The notes beneath the pieces were generated by a model. The model did not search any database and had not been told where the DNA came from. It saw nothing but the letters and a program-made list of their open reading frames with translations. A stretch of 27,538 nt of DNA from Chloroflexota bacterium. GTDB taxonomy: Bacteria; Chloroflexota; Limnocylindria; Limnocylindrales; CSP1-4. The stretch covers positions 1 through 27,538 of the forward strand of contig JANNQZ010000116.1 in NCBI GenBank assembly GCA_031401015.1, written 5' to 3'. The position numbers and the translations under genes are program-made. Position 1 is the first letter of the stretch. Each line of letters opens with the position of its first letter. Positions 7,538 through 19,286 of this stretch are shown in pieces.

Positions 7538-8557
7538 ATGGCTACCCGCGTGGGCATCAACGGCTTTGGCCGGATCGGTCGCCAGTCACTCAAGGCCCTG
7601 ATCGAGCGCGCCCCAGACATCGAGGTCGTCGCGGTCAATGATCTCGTGGACGCCGAGATGAACGCACTGCTGTTCAAGCGGGACTCGACGTACGGCACCT
7701 ATCCGGGTGACGTCCGAGCTGGCGAAAACTCCATCGTGATCGACGGCCGCGAGATCAGGATCCTCGCCGAACGGGACCCGGCTACCCTGCCGTGGGGTGA
7801 CCTGGGGGTCGATATCGTGCTCGAGAGCACCGGCCTCTTCACGGACGCGAGCAAGGCGCGCGCTCACCTCGACGCTGGAGCGAAGAAGGTGATCATCAGC
7901 GCCCCGGCCAAGGGCGAGGACATCACGATCGTGCTGGGCGTCAACGAGGAGCGCTACGACCCGATCGCGCAGCACATCATCAGCAACGCGAGTTGCACCA
8001 CCAACTGCCTCGCGCCCGCTGCCAAGGTGGTCCACGATCTGTTCACGATTGAGCGCGGGCTGATGAACACCATTCATAGCTACACCAACGACCAGCGCAT
8101 CCTCGATGTCGCGCACAAGGACCCGCGGCGGGCTCGCGCCGCCGGCCAGAACATCATCCCGACCACGACGGGCGCCGCGAAGGCCCTCGCCCTCGTCATC
8201 CCGGACCTCAAGGGCAAGTTCGATGGCTTCAGCTTGCGTGTCCCGACGCCCACCGTCAGCGTGGTCGACTTCACCGCCATCATCAGCCGCCCGACATCGG
8301 TCGAAGAACTGAATGAGGCCTTCCGCACCGCGGCCGCCGGTCCCATGGCCGGGATCCTGGGCGTGTCGGACGAGCCGCTCGTATCGAGCGACTTCAAGGG
8401 TGACAGCCGCAGCTCCATCATCGACGCCGAGTCGACCATGGTGATGGGCGGCACGATGGTCAAGGTCATCGCCTGGTATGACAACGAGTGGGGCTATAGC
8501 TGCCGCGTGGCGGATTTGATCGCGTTCGTTGCCGCCCGCCTGCCCGTGACGGTCTGA
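7538..8557 (+). CDS. gap: Glyceraldehyde-3-phosphate dehydrogenase, type I
   Basis: [12 protein letters not shown], catalytic [20 protein letters not shown] at 7538 with GGAGG RBS; the ORF-track extension from 7244 is spurious. Confidence 0.98.
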   Translation: MATRVGINGFGRIGRQSLKALIERAPDIEVVAVNDLVDAEMNALLFKRDSTYGTYPGDVRAGENSIVIDGREIRILAERDPATLPWGDLGVDIVLESTGLFTDASKARAHLDAGAKKVIISAPAKGEDITIVLGVNEERYDPIAQHIISNASCTTNCLAPAAKVVHDLFTIERGLMNTIHSYTNDQRILDVAHKDPRRARAAGQNIIPTTTGAAKALALVIPDLKGKFDGFSLRVPTPTVSVVDFTAIISRPTSVEELNEAFRTAAAGPMAGILGVSDEPLVSSDFKGDSRSSIIDAESTMVMGGTMVKVIAWYDNEWGYSCRVADLIAFVAARLPVTV

Positions 8558-8563
8558 CCGGCG

Positions 8564-11100
<2,537 letters not shown>

Positions 11101-11150
11101 CCCGGCTGGTCGATCGCGGCGCCATCACCGCCGCCTAAGTCGGCATCGGC

Positions 11151-11696
11151 ATGGCAGTCACCATCGCGTTCAGCTTCCTGTTGATCATCCCGATCGAGTC
11201 GGTGATCCTCCTGCTGGCGCTGCCATCCGGGCTGCTGATCGGGTACTACGCGAATCAACGCTCGGACCGTCGAGCAGGCCCGTGGTCACGGATCCTGGTC
11301 AACGGGCTCTTTGCGGCGCTGGTGACCGGCTTGACGGCCGCCATCCTGCTGTTGTCGATCAAGGCACTCTTCTTCTATGCCGACAACGGCTATCGCGATC
11401 CGGGCCAGGGGGGCCAACTTTCGTGCTCGGGCGGGGCGGACTGCGTCTATGGACGTTATCTGGACGCCGGACGGGGGCCGGATCTCGCTGCCACCGGGGT
11501 GACTGACGCAGCCTCCTTTACTGGCCTCTACTGGAGTGGGCAAGCCGGGAGCGCGGGCGCGCTGATGATCCTGACGCTCGCCGGCGGGCTCGGCGGTGCG
11601 GCCCTGTACGGCGTGTTCCGTCCAAAGCCGACGATCACCGGGGCGACCGGTCAGGCAGATGCGGCCGGGGCAGCCAGGGCGGCCGGCGGCGGCTGA
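11151..11696 (+). CDS. Hypothetical membrane protein (about 4 TM); probably starts at ATG 11097 but is interrupted by an in-frame TAA at 11136-11138
   Basis: Several hydrophobic helices and a CSGGADC loop. The same frame extends upstream to an ATG overlapping the eno stop (ATGA): [24 protein letters not shown]. Confidence 0.7.
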   Translation: MAVTIAFSFLLIIPIESVILLLALPSGLLIGYYANQRSDRRAGPWSRILVNGLFAALVTGLTAAILLLSIKALFFYADNGYRDPGQGGQLSCSGGADCVYGRYLDAGRGPDLAATGVTDAASFTGLYWSGQAGSAGALMILTLAGGLGGAALYGVFRPKPTITGATGQADAAGAARAAGGG

Positions 11697-11715
11697 TCGT
11701 CCCGAGCGAGCCCGC

Positions 11716-12432
11716 CTACTTGCCCTTGGGACTCGCCTTCGTCCCCGACTTTGCCGGGGCCTTCGCGCTCGGCTTGGCGGCCGTGGCTTTGGCGGCCGTG
11801 GTCTTGGCGGCCGACGCTTTGCCAGCTGCCTTGCCGGCGCCTGCCGGCTTCGCAGTGGCCGGCTTCGTCGCTGCCGCCTTGGCCGTCGGCGCGGTCTTCG
11901 CCTTGGCTGACTTGGTGTCGCTCGGTGCGACCGCGGCCGAAGCAGCGGCTGCCTTCGCCGCGGCGGCCTCGGCCCGGGCCGTCTTGCTGAGTGCCGCGCG
12001 AGCCTTGCCAGCGGCCGTCTGCGCGCCCTTGGCCTTGCCGGCTTTGCCCGCGGCGATTCGAACCTTGGCAGCCTTGGCGGCCGCGGCCTTGCCGGTCACC
12101 TTCACGACGCGTGCGCCCGTTTGAACGGTGGTGCCGCCGAGGGCCGCATTGACCTTGAGCGTCAAGCGGGACTTGCGCCGGGCCGCTGCGTTCGGGTGGA
12201 TGGCACCGGCCTTGGCGGCCCGGTCGAGTGCGCTCAGTGCCTCGGCCAGGGCGGCCACTGGATCAATGGTCGAGTCGGACGGCTGCGTCGCCGCGGCCAA
12301 GGCCTTGGCAACGTAGGTCTTGGCCGCACTGCGCCGAGGCTGGAGCACCTCGTGACGGCTCTGGGCCTGGCGGACACGCTTGAGCCCCGACGGTGTGCGG
12401 GTGCCCGTCCATGTGCGGGGCGTCTTGGCCAC
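11716..12432 (-). CDS. rpsT: 30S ribosomal protein S20 with a ~140-aa Lys/Ala-rich C-terminal extension
   Basis: Core pattern SGLKRVRQ...RSAAKT...ALDRAAKAGAIHPNAAARRKSRL matches bS20. GTG start with GAGGT RBS. Lies upstream of and divergent from lepA, as in other bacteria. Confidence 0.92.
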   Translation of the reverse strand: MAKTPRTWTGTRTPSGLKRVRQAQSRHEVLQPRRSAAKTYVAKALAAATQPSDSTIDPVAALAEALSALDRAAKAGAIHPNAAARRKSRLTLKVNAALGGTTVQTGARVVKVTGKAAAAKAAKVRIAAGKAGKAKGAQTAAGKARAALSKTARAEAAAAKAAAASAAVAPSDTKSAKAKTAPTAKAAATKPATAKPAGAGKAAGKASAAKTTAAKATAAKPSAKAPAKSGTKASPKGK

Positions 12433-12502
12433 GTGGGTAAACCTCAGTAGGATCGGATTCTTGCTCGACCCGACGCGGGAATGGCGTGGGGCGCGGACCC
12501 GG

Positions 12503-12511
12503 ATCGTAGCA
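12503..12511 (-). promoter_or_regulatory. Extended -10 promoter (TGcTACGAT) for rpsT
   Basis: Same TGCTACGAT string as in the hrcA promoter, about 70 nt upstream of the rpsT GTG. Confidence 0.55.
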
Positions 12512-12613
12512 CAGTCCTATCGCGTATTCGGGCCGCAGCTGGTCCGTCATGCACGCACCCAATCGCGACAAGTACCCGACACATGTCGATGCGTGCGCCC
12601 TCAGACTGTGATC

Positions 12614-13564
12614 ATGATTCCCATCCTCGGTGGCCTTGGCGCCGCCATGCTGTGGGCCGGCGCAACACTGGCATCGTCCCGCTCCAGTCGGATGCTCGGT
12701 TCTCGGGTGATCCTGGCGTGGATCATGATCGTCGGGACGATCATTGGCCTACCGATCGGCCTCGCCAGCGGCGTACCGACCAGCCTGTCGTTACAAGCCT
12801 TCGTGCTCCTGCTGATCGCTGGGCTGAGTTATGCGGCGGCGTTGTACATCGCCTTCACCGCACTCACGGTCGGCAAGGTCGGAATCGTCGCACCGATCAT
12901 CGCGGCCGAAGGGGCCATCGCCGCCCTGATTGCGGTCGCCCTCGGCGACGACCTCCAGGTTGTCGCCGCAGTCTTTCTGGCGGTGATCGCCATTGGCGTG
13001 GTGCTCAGCGCGATGGAGCCAGCCCATCCGGACGTCCCGGCGGGTGACATCGAAATCGCGGCCGACGCCCTCGATGGCCCGCCAGCGGCGATTGGCGTCG
13101 CGGCTGCCCTCGGCCCCAGCTTGACCACACGTCGATCCGCCATGAGCGACAACCGCAAGGCGATCGTGCTCGCCCTCGCAGCAGCCGCGATTTTCGGCGT
13201 CGGCATCGTGGCAACAGGCCACGTGGCGAGGCAGGTCCCGCCCATTTGGGTTTCGATATCGGTTCGGGCCATCGGCCTGGTCATCGTCACCTTGCCCATC
13301 GTCCTCCAGCGCCGCCTGACCATGACTCGCGCGGCGCTGCCGCTGATCCTCATCGGCGGAACTGGCGAAGTCATCGGCGGGACGCTGTCAGCCTGGGGAG
13401 GGTCCGTCAACATCGCGATCACCGCCGTGCTCGGTTCCCAGTTCGCTGCCATCGCCGCCGTCGTCGCATTCCTCCTGTTCAAGGAGCGGCTATCGCGAAC
13501 CCAGGTCTTTGGAGTCATCCTGATCGTCAGTGGCGTAACCGCGCTGGCGGCCGTGACCGCCTGA
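12614..13564 (+). CDS. EamA/DMT-family transporter (two EamA halves, about 10 TM)
   Basis: Two repeats of the pattern [12 protein letters not shown] / [14 protein letters not shown]...KERLSR.Q.FGV.LIV.G. ATG at 12614 (or GTG at 12608); the ORF-track start at 12380 overlaps rpsT and is spurious. Confidence 0.85.
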   Translation: MIPILGGLGAAMLWAGATLASSRSSRMLGSRVILAWIMIVGTIIGLPIGLASGVPTSLSLQAFVLLLIAGLSYAAALYIAFTALTVGKVGIVAPIIAAEGAIAALIAVALGDDLQVVAAVFLAVIAIGVVLSAMEPAHPDVPAGDIEIAADALDGPPAAIGVAAALGPSLTTRRSAMSDNRKAIVLALAAAAIFGVGIVATGHVARQVPPIWVSISVRAIGLVIVTLPIVLQRRLTMTRAALPLILIGGTGEVIGGTLSAWGGSVNIAITAVLGSQFAAIAAVVAFLLFKERLSRTQVFGVILIVSGVTALAAVTA

Positions 13565-13569
13565 CCGGC

Positions 13570-13575
13570 TACACT
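13570..13575 (+). promoter_or_regulatory. Candidate -10 (TACACT) giving a leaderless or near-leaderless lepA mRNA
   Basis: TACACT lies 8 nt before the GTG at 13584 and there is no SD sequence. Confidence 0.45.
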
Positions 13576-13583
13576 CGGGCGTC

Positions 13584-15395
13584 GTGACCATCCCCCAGGA
13601 CCGCCTTCGCAATTTCAGCATCATCGCCCACATCGATCACGGGAAGTCCACGCTCGCTGACCGGCTGCTGGAGCTGACCCACACGATCGACGCGCGGCAG
13701 ATGACGAGCCAGGTGCTGGATTCGATGGACCTGGAGCGCGAGAAGGGGATCACCATCAAGGCGCGTGCGGTGCGCCTCGAATACCAGGCGCTCGACGGGC
13801 TGACCTACGGGCTCAACCTGATCGATACCCCCGGGCATGTCGACTTCGCCTACGAGGTCAGCCACAGCCTGCAGGCATGCGAGGGCGCGATCCTCGTCGT
13901 CGATGCCAGCCAGGGGATCGAGGCCCAGACCCTCGCCAACGTCCATCTCGCCATGCGTGAGGGCCTGACCCTGATCCCGGTCCTCAACAAGATCGACCTG
14001 CCGTCCGCCGATCCCGAGACGATCATGGACGAGTTGGAGAACGTCCTGGCGATCCCGCGCGAGGAGGTGATGCTCGCCTCGGCCAAGGACGGGACCGGCG
14101 TGCCGGAGATCCTCGAAGCCATCGTCGCCCGGATCCCGGCGCCCAAGGGCGACCCCACGAAACCGCTCCAGGGCCTGATCTTCGATAGCCATTACGACGC
14201 CTACAAGGGCGTGGTGGTCTACGTCCGTCTCGCCCAGGGCACCCTCCGCCTGGGTGAGCGGATCCGGTTGATGGCCAGCAATGCCGAGGCGGATCCCCTG
14301 GAGCTGGGCGTCTTCCGCCCGCAGCTGACGCCGGTCCAGGTCCTGGTGGCCGGCGAGGTCGGCTATGTCGCCACGGGCCTCAAGAGCGTCCGCGACGCCC
14401 AGGTCGGCGATACAGTGACCACCGTGGCCCGCCCGGCCGCCACCCCGCTGCCCGGCTACCAGGAGGCCAAGAGCCTCGTGTTCGCCGGCATCTACCCGGT
14501 CTCAGGCGAGGACTATCCGCTCCTGCGCGACGCCCTCGAGAAACTCCACCTCAACGATGCCAGCTTCACCTATAGCCCGGAAAGCTCGGTGGCGCTCGGT
14601 TTCGGCTTTCGCTGTGGCTTTCTCGGACTTCTCCACATGGAGATCGTCCAGGAGCGGCTGGAGCGCGAGTTCGATCTCGACCTGATCGCATCGGCCCCGT
14701 CGGTCGAGTACCACGTCGTCCAGACCCTGGGCAGGGGGATGGTCGCGATCGACAATCCGGCCCTCCTGCCAAACCCCACGGACATCGAGGCGATCGAAGA
14801 GCCGTGGGTCAAGCTGAGCGTGGTCACGCCCAGCCAGTACATCGGGCCGCTCATGGAGCTGTCCACCGGCCGGCGCGGCGAATTCATGACCATGGAGTAC
14901 CTTGATCCGACCCGAGTCGTGCTGCACTTCGAGATGCCACTCGCGGAGCTGATTGTCGACTACTTTGACAAGCTCAAGAGTCGCAGCCAGGGCTATGCGT
15001 CGATGGATTACGAGGAACTCGGCTACCGCGCCGCGAACCTGTCCAAGGTGGACATCCTGGTCAATGGTGAGCCAGTGGATGCGCTGTCGCTGATCGTCCA
15101 CCGCGACCGCGCGCAATCCACGGGGCGGCTTCTCACCGAACGGCTCAAGGAGCTGATCCCCCGCCAGATGTTCGAGATCCCGATCCAGGCGGCAATCGGC
15201 TCCAACGTCATTGCGCGCGAAACGGTGCGCGCCATGCGCAAGAACGTATTGGCCAAGTGTTACGGTGGTGACATCAGCCGCAAGCGCAAACTCCTCGAGA
15301 AACAGAAGGAAGGCAAGCAGCGGATGAAGCGGGTCGGATCCGTCGAGATCCCGCAGGAGGCGTTCCTGGCGATGCTCCGCATGGACGAGGGCTGA
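13584..15395 (+). CDS. lepA: Elongation factor 4 (LepA)
   Basis: [46 protein letters not shown] and [21 protein letters not shown]. Confidence 0.99.
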   Translation: MTIPQDRLRNFSIIAHIDHGKSTLADRLLELTHTIDARQMTSQVLDSMDLEREKGITIKARAVRLEYQALDGLTYGLNLIDTPGHVDFAYEVSHSLQACEGAILVVDASQGIEAQTLANVHLAMREGLTLIPVLNKIDLPSADPETIMDELENVLAIPREEVMLASAKDGTGVPEILEAIVARIPAPKGDPTKPLQGLIFDSHYDAYKGVVVYVRLAQGTLRLGERIRLMASNAEADPLELGVFRPQLTPVQVLVAGEVGYVATGLKSVRDAQVGDTVTTVARPAATPLPGYQEAKSLVFAGIYPVSGEDYPLLRDALEKLHLNDASFTYSPESSVALGFGFRCGFLGLLHMEIVQERLEREFDLDLIASAPSVEYHVVQTLGRGMVAIDNPALLPNPTDIEAIEEPWVKLSVVTPSQYIGPLMELSTGRRGEFMTMEYLDPTRVVLHFEMPLAELIVDYFDKLKSRSQGYASMDYEELGYRAANLSKVDILVNGEPVDALSLIVHRDRAQSTGRLLTERLKELIPRQMFEIPIQAAIGSNVIARETVRAMRKNVLAKCYGGDISRKRKLLEKQKEGKQRMKRVGSVEIPQEAFLAMLRMDEG

Positions 15396-15408
15396 CGCCC
15401 ACTCGACG

Positions 15409-16179
15409 ATGGACGATTTCATCCTCCAGTCGCGGATCCTGATCGCGTTGGCGTTTACGCTGCTCCTGGCGATGCTCCGCCTGGACGCGGCGCGATTCGG
15501 AACGGCCGAGTATTACGAAACCACCGAATCCGGCGAGCGCCCACGACTTCGACGGCGACTGGCCTGGTACGGACTGGGGTTCGGGATGGCCGGGCTCATC
15601 CTGACGAGCCACCCGGCGGCCCGGACCGAGCTCTTCCTGGGCGCGGGCGATCGGCTCGGCGCGGTCCTGGGCGGGGTCGTGTTCGGTGTGCTCGGTGTGA
15701 TCGTTGCGGTCGGGCTGGCCAGCTACCGCTACCATCGGATCCGGCTGCCCAACGAGGGCTCATACCCCGGGGCGCTGCTGAATTCGACGGCGACCGCCTT
15801 CATCGATGAGGTCGCCTTTCGCGGAGCGCTGTTCGGCTTGCTGTTGACCGCCGGCGTCGATGTCCTCTTTGCGAACCTGCTGCAGACCACGGTCTATGCG
15901 CTCACGACTCGTCTCGCGGCGCCTGGTCGTGACCGCTACCTGTTGGTCCTGACGCTTGGGATCGGGTTGTTCGGCGGCTGGCTGACTGCCCTGACCGGCG
16001 GGATTGCGGCAGCCTTCCTTGGCCATGCGGTGACCCGATTCGCCGTATTCCTCTGTACCGGGCACGTTGGCCAGACGCTGCCGCGCGGGCGCGAAGCCGA
16101 AGAAATCGAGAAGCGCCGTCGAACGCCAGACGGGTGGCGCGTGATCGGGTCGAGGGAGTCGAGCTCCCAGGAACCTTGA
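15409..16179 (+). CDS. CPBP (CAAX/Abi) family intramembrane protease-like protein with degenerate catalytic motifs
   Basis: Multi-TM protein. DEVAFRG corresponds to EExxFRG, and GHAVTR corresponds to HxxxN. Confidence 0.7.
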   Translation: MDDFILQSRILIALAFTLLLAMLRLDAARFGTAEYYETTESGERPRLRRRLAWYGLGFGMAGLILTSHPAARTELFLGAGDRLGAVLGGVVFGVLGVIVAVGLASYRYHRIRLPNEGSYPGALLNSTATAFIDEVAFRGALFGLLLTAGVDVLFANLLQTTVYALTTRLAAPGRDRYLLVLTLGIGLFGGWLTALTGGIAAAFLGHAVTRFAVFLCTGHVGQTLPRGREAEEIEKRRRTPDGWRVIGSRESSSQEP

Positions 16180-17510
16180 GCCAGCGCGACGCGCCCAAAC
16201 TCGGAGGCGCGGTGCCGCCTGCCGCTCCTCCGCCGGCTGCGGCGCCAACCGCGGCCCCAACTGCGACCCTACGCCCGGCCGAGTCGACCAGCTTCGCGCG
16301 GCCACCCGTCGCGCTCTATGTCCACATCCCGTTCTGTGTCTCGTTGTGTCCCTATTGCGACTTCGTGGTCTATCCAGGGGCCGCGGCGCGAGGCCCGACG
16401 GCCAGGGTCGAAGCCTTCCTGGGAGCGCTGCGGACCGAACTGGTGCTTCGCGCCGATGCGCTGGATGAAGTGTTCGGGGCGGACCGGCCGCCGCTCGAAT
16501 CGGTCTACCTGGGCGGCGGAACGCCCTCGCTCGTGCCGGCCGAGGACGTCGCCGAGATCATGAAGGTCGTTCGGCGGCGCTACGGTGTCGCCTCGAACGC
16601 CGAGGTCACCCTGGAAGCGAACCCAGGTCCAGACGAGCGCGGAGACGCCCGAGCATTCCGCGCGGCCGGGGTGACCCGCCTCTCCCTTGGCGCGCAGTCG
16701 ATGTCCGGCGGCGAACTGGAGCAATTGGGTCGCCGGCACGTCGCCGCGGATGTCAGGTCGGCGGTCAGGGAGGCTCGCGAAGGCGGCATCCCGTCGGTCA
16801 ACCTGGACCTGCTCTACGACATCCCCGGCAGCTCGCTGGCGAGCTGGACCGATACGCTCGAAGCCGCACTGGACCTCAAACCCGACCACCTGTCGCTCTA
16901 CGCCCTCACGCTCGACGACCCCGACGCCGAGGGACTGACGGGCGTCGGCGGCGACCACCTCCCCACCACCGCCGGGGCGCGTCGCTGGCGGGAGCGGGCA
17001 CGAAGAAGCCAGGACGAGGATCGTGCGGCGGCGCAATACCACTACGCCGTCCACCGCCTCGCCGCCGACGGCTGGCGCGGCTACGAGATCAGCAATTGGG
17101 CGCGACCGGGCCATGAAAGTCGTCACAACCTGGCCTACTGGGAGCGACGGCCGTATGAGGCGGTCGGCCCCGGGGCGCACGCGTTTGACGGCGTCACGCG
17201 ACGCTGGAACGCAGCCCGGCTGGAGGGGTACCTGGGCGCGCTGGCACCCGCCGGCGATGCCGTCCATCCACAATTGCCGCCGGGCGGCTCGGAACCCATC
17301 GATGAGCAGGCGGCTGCGGCGGAGGCGGTCATCCTGGCGCTCCGGCTCGACACCGGGATCAGCGAGACGGCGGCAAGCGCGACGCCGCTGGCCGAGCACT
17401 TCGCCTGGGCCTTGACGGCGGATCTCGTGGAGGTCACACCGGACGACCGGATCGTCCTGACGACCAACGGCCGCCTGCTGTCGAACGAGCTGTTCAGCCG
17501 CCTGGTCTGA
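16176..17510 (+). CDS. hemW: Radical SAM heme chaperone HemW (HemN-like)
   Basis: YVHIPFCVSLCPYCDF (CxxxCxxC), YLGGGTPS, EANP and the HemW-type YEISNW...HNLAYW. Located between lepA and hrcA. TTG at 16176 overlaps the upstream TGA. Confidence 0.92.
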   Translation: MSQRDAPKLGGAVPPAAPPPAAAPTAAPTATLRPAESTSFARPPVALYVHIPFCVSLCPYCDFVVYPGAAARGPTARVEAFLGALRTELVLRADALDEVFGADRPPLESVYLGGGTPSLVPAEDVAEIMKVVRRRYGVASNAEVTLEANPGPDERGDARAFRAAGVTRLSLGAQSMSGGELEQLGRRHVAADVRSAVREAREGGIPSVNLDLLYDIPGSSLASWTDTLEAALDLKPDHLSLYALTLDDPDAEGLTGVGGDHLPTTAGARRWRERARRSQDEDRAAAQYHYAVHRLAADGWRGYEISNWARPGHESRHNLAYWERRPYEAVGPGAHAFDGVTRRWNAARLEGYLGALAPAGDAVHPQLPPGGSEPIDEQAAAAEAVILALRLDTGISETAASATPLAEHFAWALTADLVEVTPDDRIVLTTNGRLLSNELFSRLV

Positions 17511-17523
17511 GGTCATCCCCACG

Positions 17524-17553
17524 TTGACACTCGAAGTCGGCGGCTGCTACGAT
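17524..17553 (+). promoter_or_regulatory. Sigma70-type promoter of the hrcA-grpE-dnaK operon
   Basis: TTGACA (17524-17529), 18-nt spacer, TACGAT (17548-17553) preceded by TGn. Confidence 0.85.
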
Positions 17554-17566
17554 GCCCGCCAACGCG

Positions 17567-17593
17567 TTAGCACTCTCACCAGTTGAGTGCCAA
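17567..17593 (+). promoter_or_regulatory. CIRCE element (HrcA operator)
   Basis: TTAGCACTC-N9(TCACCAGTT)-GAGTGCCAA, one mismatch from the consensus TTAGCACTC-N9-GAGTGCTAA, between the promoter and the hrcA start. Confidence 0.97.
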
Positions 17594-17611
17594 CCATCGC
17601 GGGAGAACACC

Positions 17612-18679
17612 TTGGCGCGACGCCGACGCCCCGTCGGCCCCCTGGACCTGAGATCACAGGCGATCCTACGGGCCGTCATCGAGGAATACGTCACATCCGC
17701 GATCCCGGTCGGCAGCCAGGCGCTCGTGGAGCGGTATGGCCTCGGCGTATCGAGCGCCACCGTTCGCAGCATCCTGGCTGAGCTGGAGATGAACGGTCTG
17801 TTGACCCATCCGCACACGTCCGCGGGTCGCATCCCGACCGACGCCGGCTATCGCTTCTTTGTCGAATCGATCGTCGAGGCGGTCCCGTTGCCGGCCATCG
17901 AGCAGCTGATGATCCGGCACCAGTTCGGCCAGGTCGAGTTTGCCAGCGAGCACTGGTTCCGGCTGGCGGCCACGACGCTGGCCTCGGTCACCCGGGCTGC
18001 CGGGTTGGCCACGCCGGCCAAGCCGAGAGACGCCCACATCCGTCGGATCGACCTCGTGGCAATCAACGAACGGATGGCCAGCCTGATCCTGGTGCTGCGC
18101 GAGGGCTCCATCAAGCAGGCCCTGATCACGCTTGAAGGCGACGAAGCGATCGACCAGCCGACGCTCAACAAGGCGGCGGCCATCCTCAACACGCGACTGG
18201 TGGATCAGACCGCGCAGCGCGCGGCAGCGCGACTCGCCACCCTGCGCGATGACGATCGCGTCGAAGCCCTGGCCCGGCGCGTCGGCGCGCGCATCGTCAG
18301 GATCGTGCAGGAGTACGACGCAACCGCGATCGAGGAGGTCTTCAGCGACGGCCTGCTCAACGTGATGGAGGCCCCGGAGTTCGCCCAGAGCGACAAGCTT
18401 CGGCGGGTCTTCAGCGCGCTCGAAAATCGGTCGTATCTGGGCGAGCTGGTCGGCAGCGTGGCCGGAGCTGGGCGAATCCAGGTCTTCATCGGTCATGAGA
18501 ACCAGCCGCTCGAGATGCAGGACGTCTCGCTCGTCCTCGCCCCGTATGGGCGCCCGGGTCGGGCGATCGGCGTCGTCGGCGTCCTGGGCCCGACAAGGAT
18601 GTCCTACTCCCAGGCGATCGGGACGGTTCGCTTCGTGTCGGGCCTGATGAACGAGCTGGTGGATCACCTGTATGCCTGA
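17612..18679 (+). CDS. hrcA: Heat-inducible transcription repressor HrcA
   Basis: ILRAVIEEY...PVGS, VSSATVR, HPHTSAGRIPTDAGYRFFV and GVLGPTRMSY. TTG at 17612 with GGGAG RBS; the ORF-track ATG at 17552 lies inside the -10 box. Confidence 0.97.
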   Translation: MARRRRPVGPLDLRSQAILRAVIEEYVTSAIPVGSQALVERYGLGVSSATVRSILAELEMNGLLTHPHTSAGRIPTDAGYRFFVESIVEAVPLPAIEQLMIRHQFGQVEFASEHWFRLAATTLASVTRAAGLATPAKPRDAHIRRIDLVAINERMASLILVLREGSIKQALITLEGDEAIDQPTLNKAAAILNTRLVDQTAQRAAARLATLRDDDRVEALARRVGARIVRIVQEYDATAIEEVFSDGLLNVMEAPEFAQSDKLRRVFSALENRSYLGELVGSVAGAGRIQVFIGHENQPLEMQDVSLVLAPYGRPGRAIGVVGVLGPTRMSYSQAIGTVRFVSGLMNELVDHLYA

Positions 18680-19256
18680 GCGGCCCCGCACCCGCGCCCA
18701 GGAGCGCATTGACGCGATCGATGTTTCGGCCACGGCGCTCGTCGCCCAGGTCGAGGCGCTGCAGGTCGAGCTGGCGGCCGCGCGTGCCGGGAGTGACGAC
18801 TACCTGGCCGCCCTCCAGCGCGAACGGGCCGAGTTCCAGAATTTCCGCCGCCGCACCGCCGAAGAGCGCACGCGCGAGCTGGGACTCGCCGGCGAAGACC
18901 TGATCCGCAAGGTCCTGGCCCTCGCCGATGACTTCGATCGGGCCATTGAGGCCAGACCCGCGTCGATCGCCGAGGACCCCTGGTTCGAAGGGATCGCCGC
19001 GATCGATCGCAAGCTACGCCTGCTGCTCGAGAGCGAGGGCGTGACCACGATCGACGCGGCCGCTGGCCGGCCCTTCGATCCTCGCGAGCACGAGGCGATC
19101 GCCACCGTCCCGGACTCGCGCCGGGCTGAGGGCGAGATCGTCGAGGAGGTCCGGCGCGGCTATCGACTCCGCGACCGCGTCATCCGCCCGGCCCTCGTTG
19201 CCGTGGCCACCTCGGTCGACGCCACAGGCGACGCAATCCCAGTACGACCCAACTGA
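18672..19256 (+). CDS. grpE: Nucleotide exchange factor GrpE
   Basis: RERAEFQNFRRR, DDFDRA, FDPREHEA and RRGYRLRDRVIRPALVAV. Overlaps the hrcA stop. Confidence 0.96.
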   Translation: MPERPRTRAQERIDAIDVSATALVAQVEALQVELAAARAGSDDYLAALQRERAEFQNFRRRTAEERTRELGLAGEDLIRKVLALADDFDRAIEARPASIAEDPWFEGIAAIDRKLRLLLESEGVTTIDAAAGRPFDPREHEAIATVPDSRRAEGEIVEEVRRGYRLRDRVIRPALVAVATSVDATGDAIPVRPN

Positions 19257-19286
19257 ACGGACTCACGAAAAGGAGCATCTCGCGAC

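Noticed and set aside
11136-11138. Genome-wide stop-codon reassignment of TAA
   Set aside because: TAA terminates the MFS gene (21273-21275, minus strand), and TGA and TAG are used as ordinary stops elsewhere.
13010-13160. Hydrophilic insert between the two EamA halves as a separate domain
   Set aside because: A low-complexity linker of about 45 aa; variable central loops are ordinary in DMT transporters.
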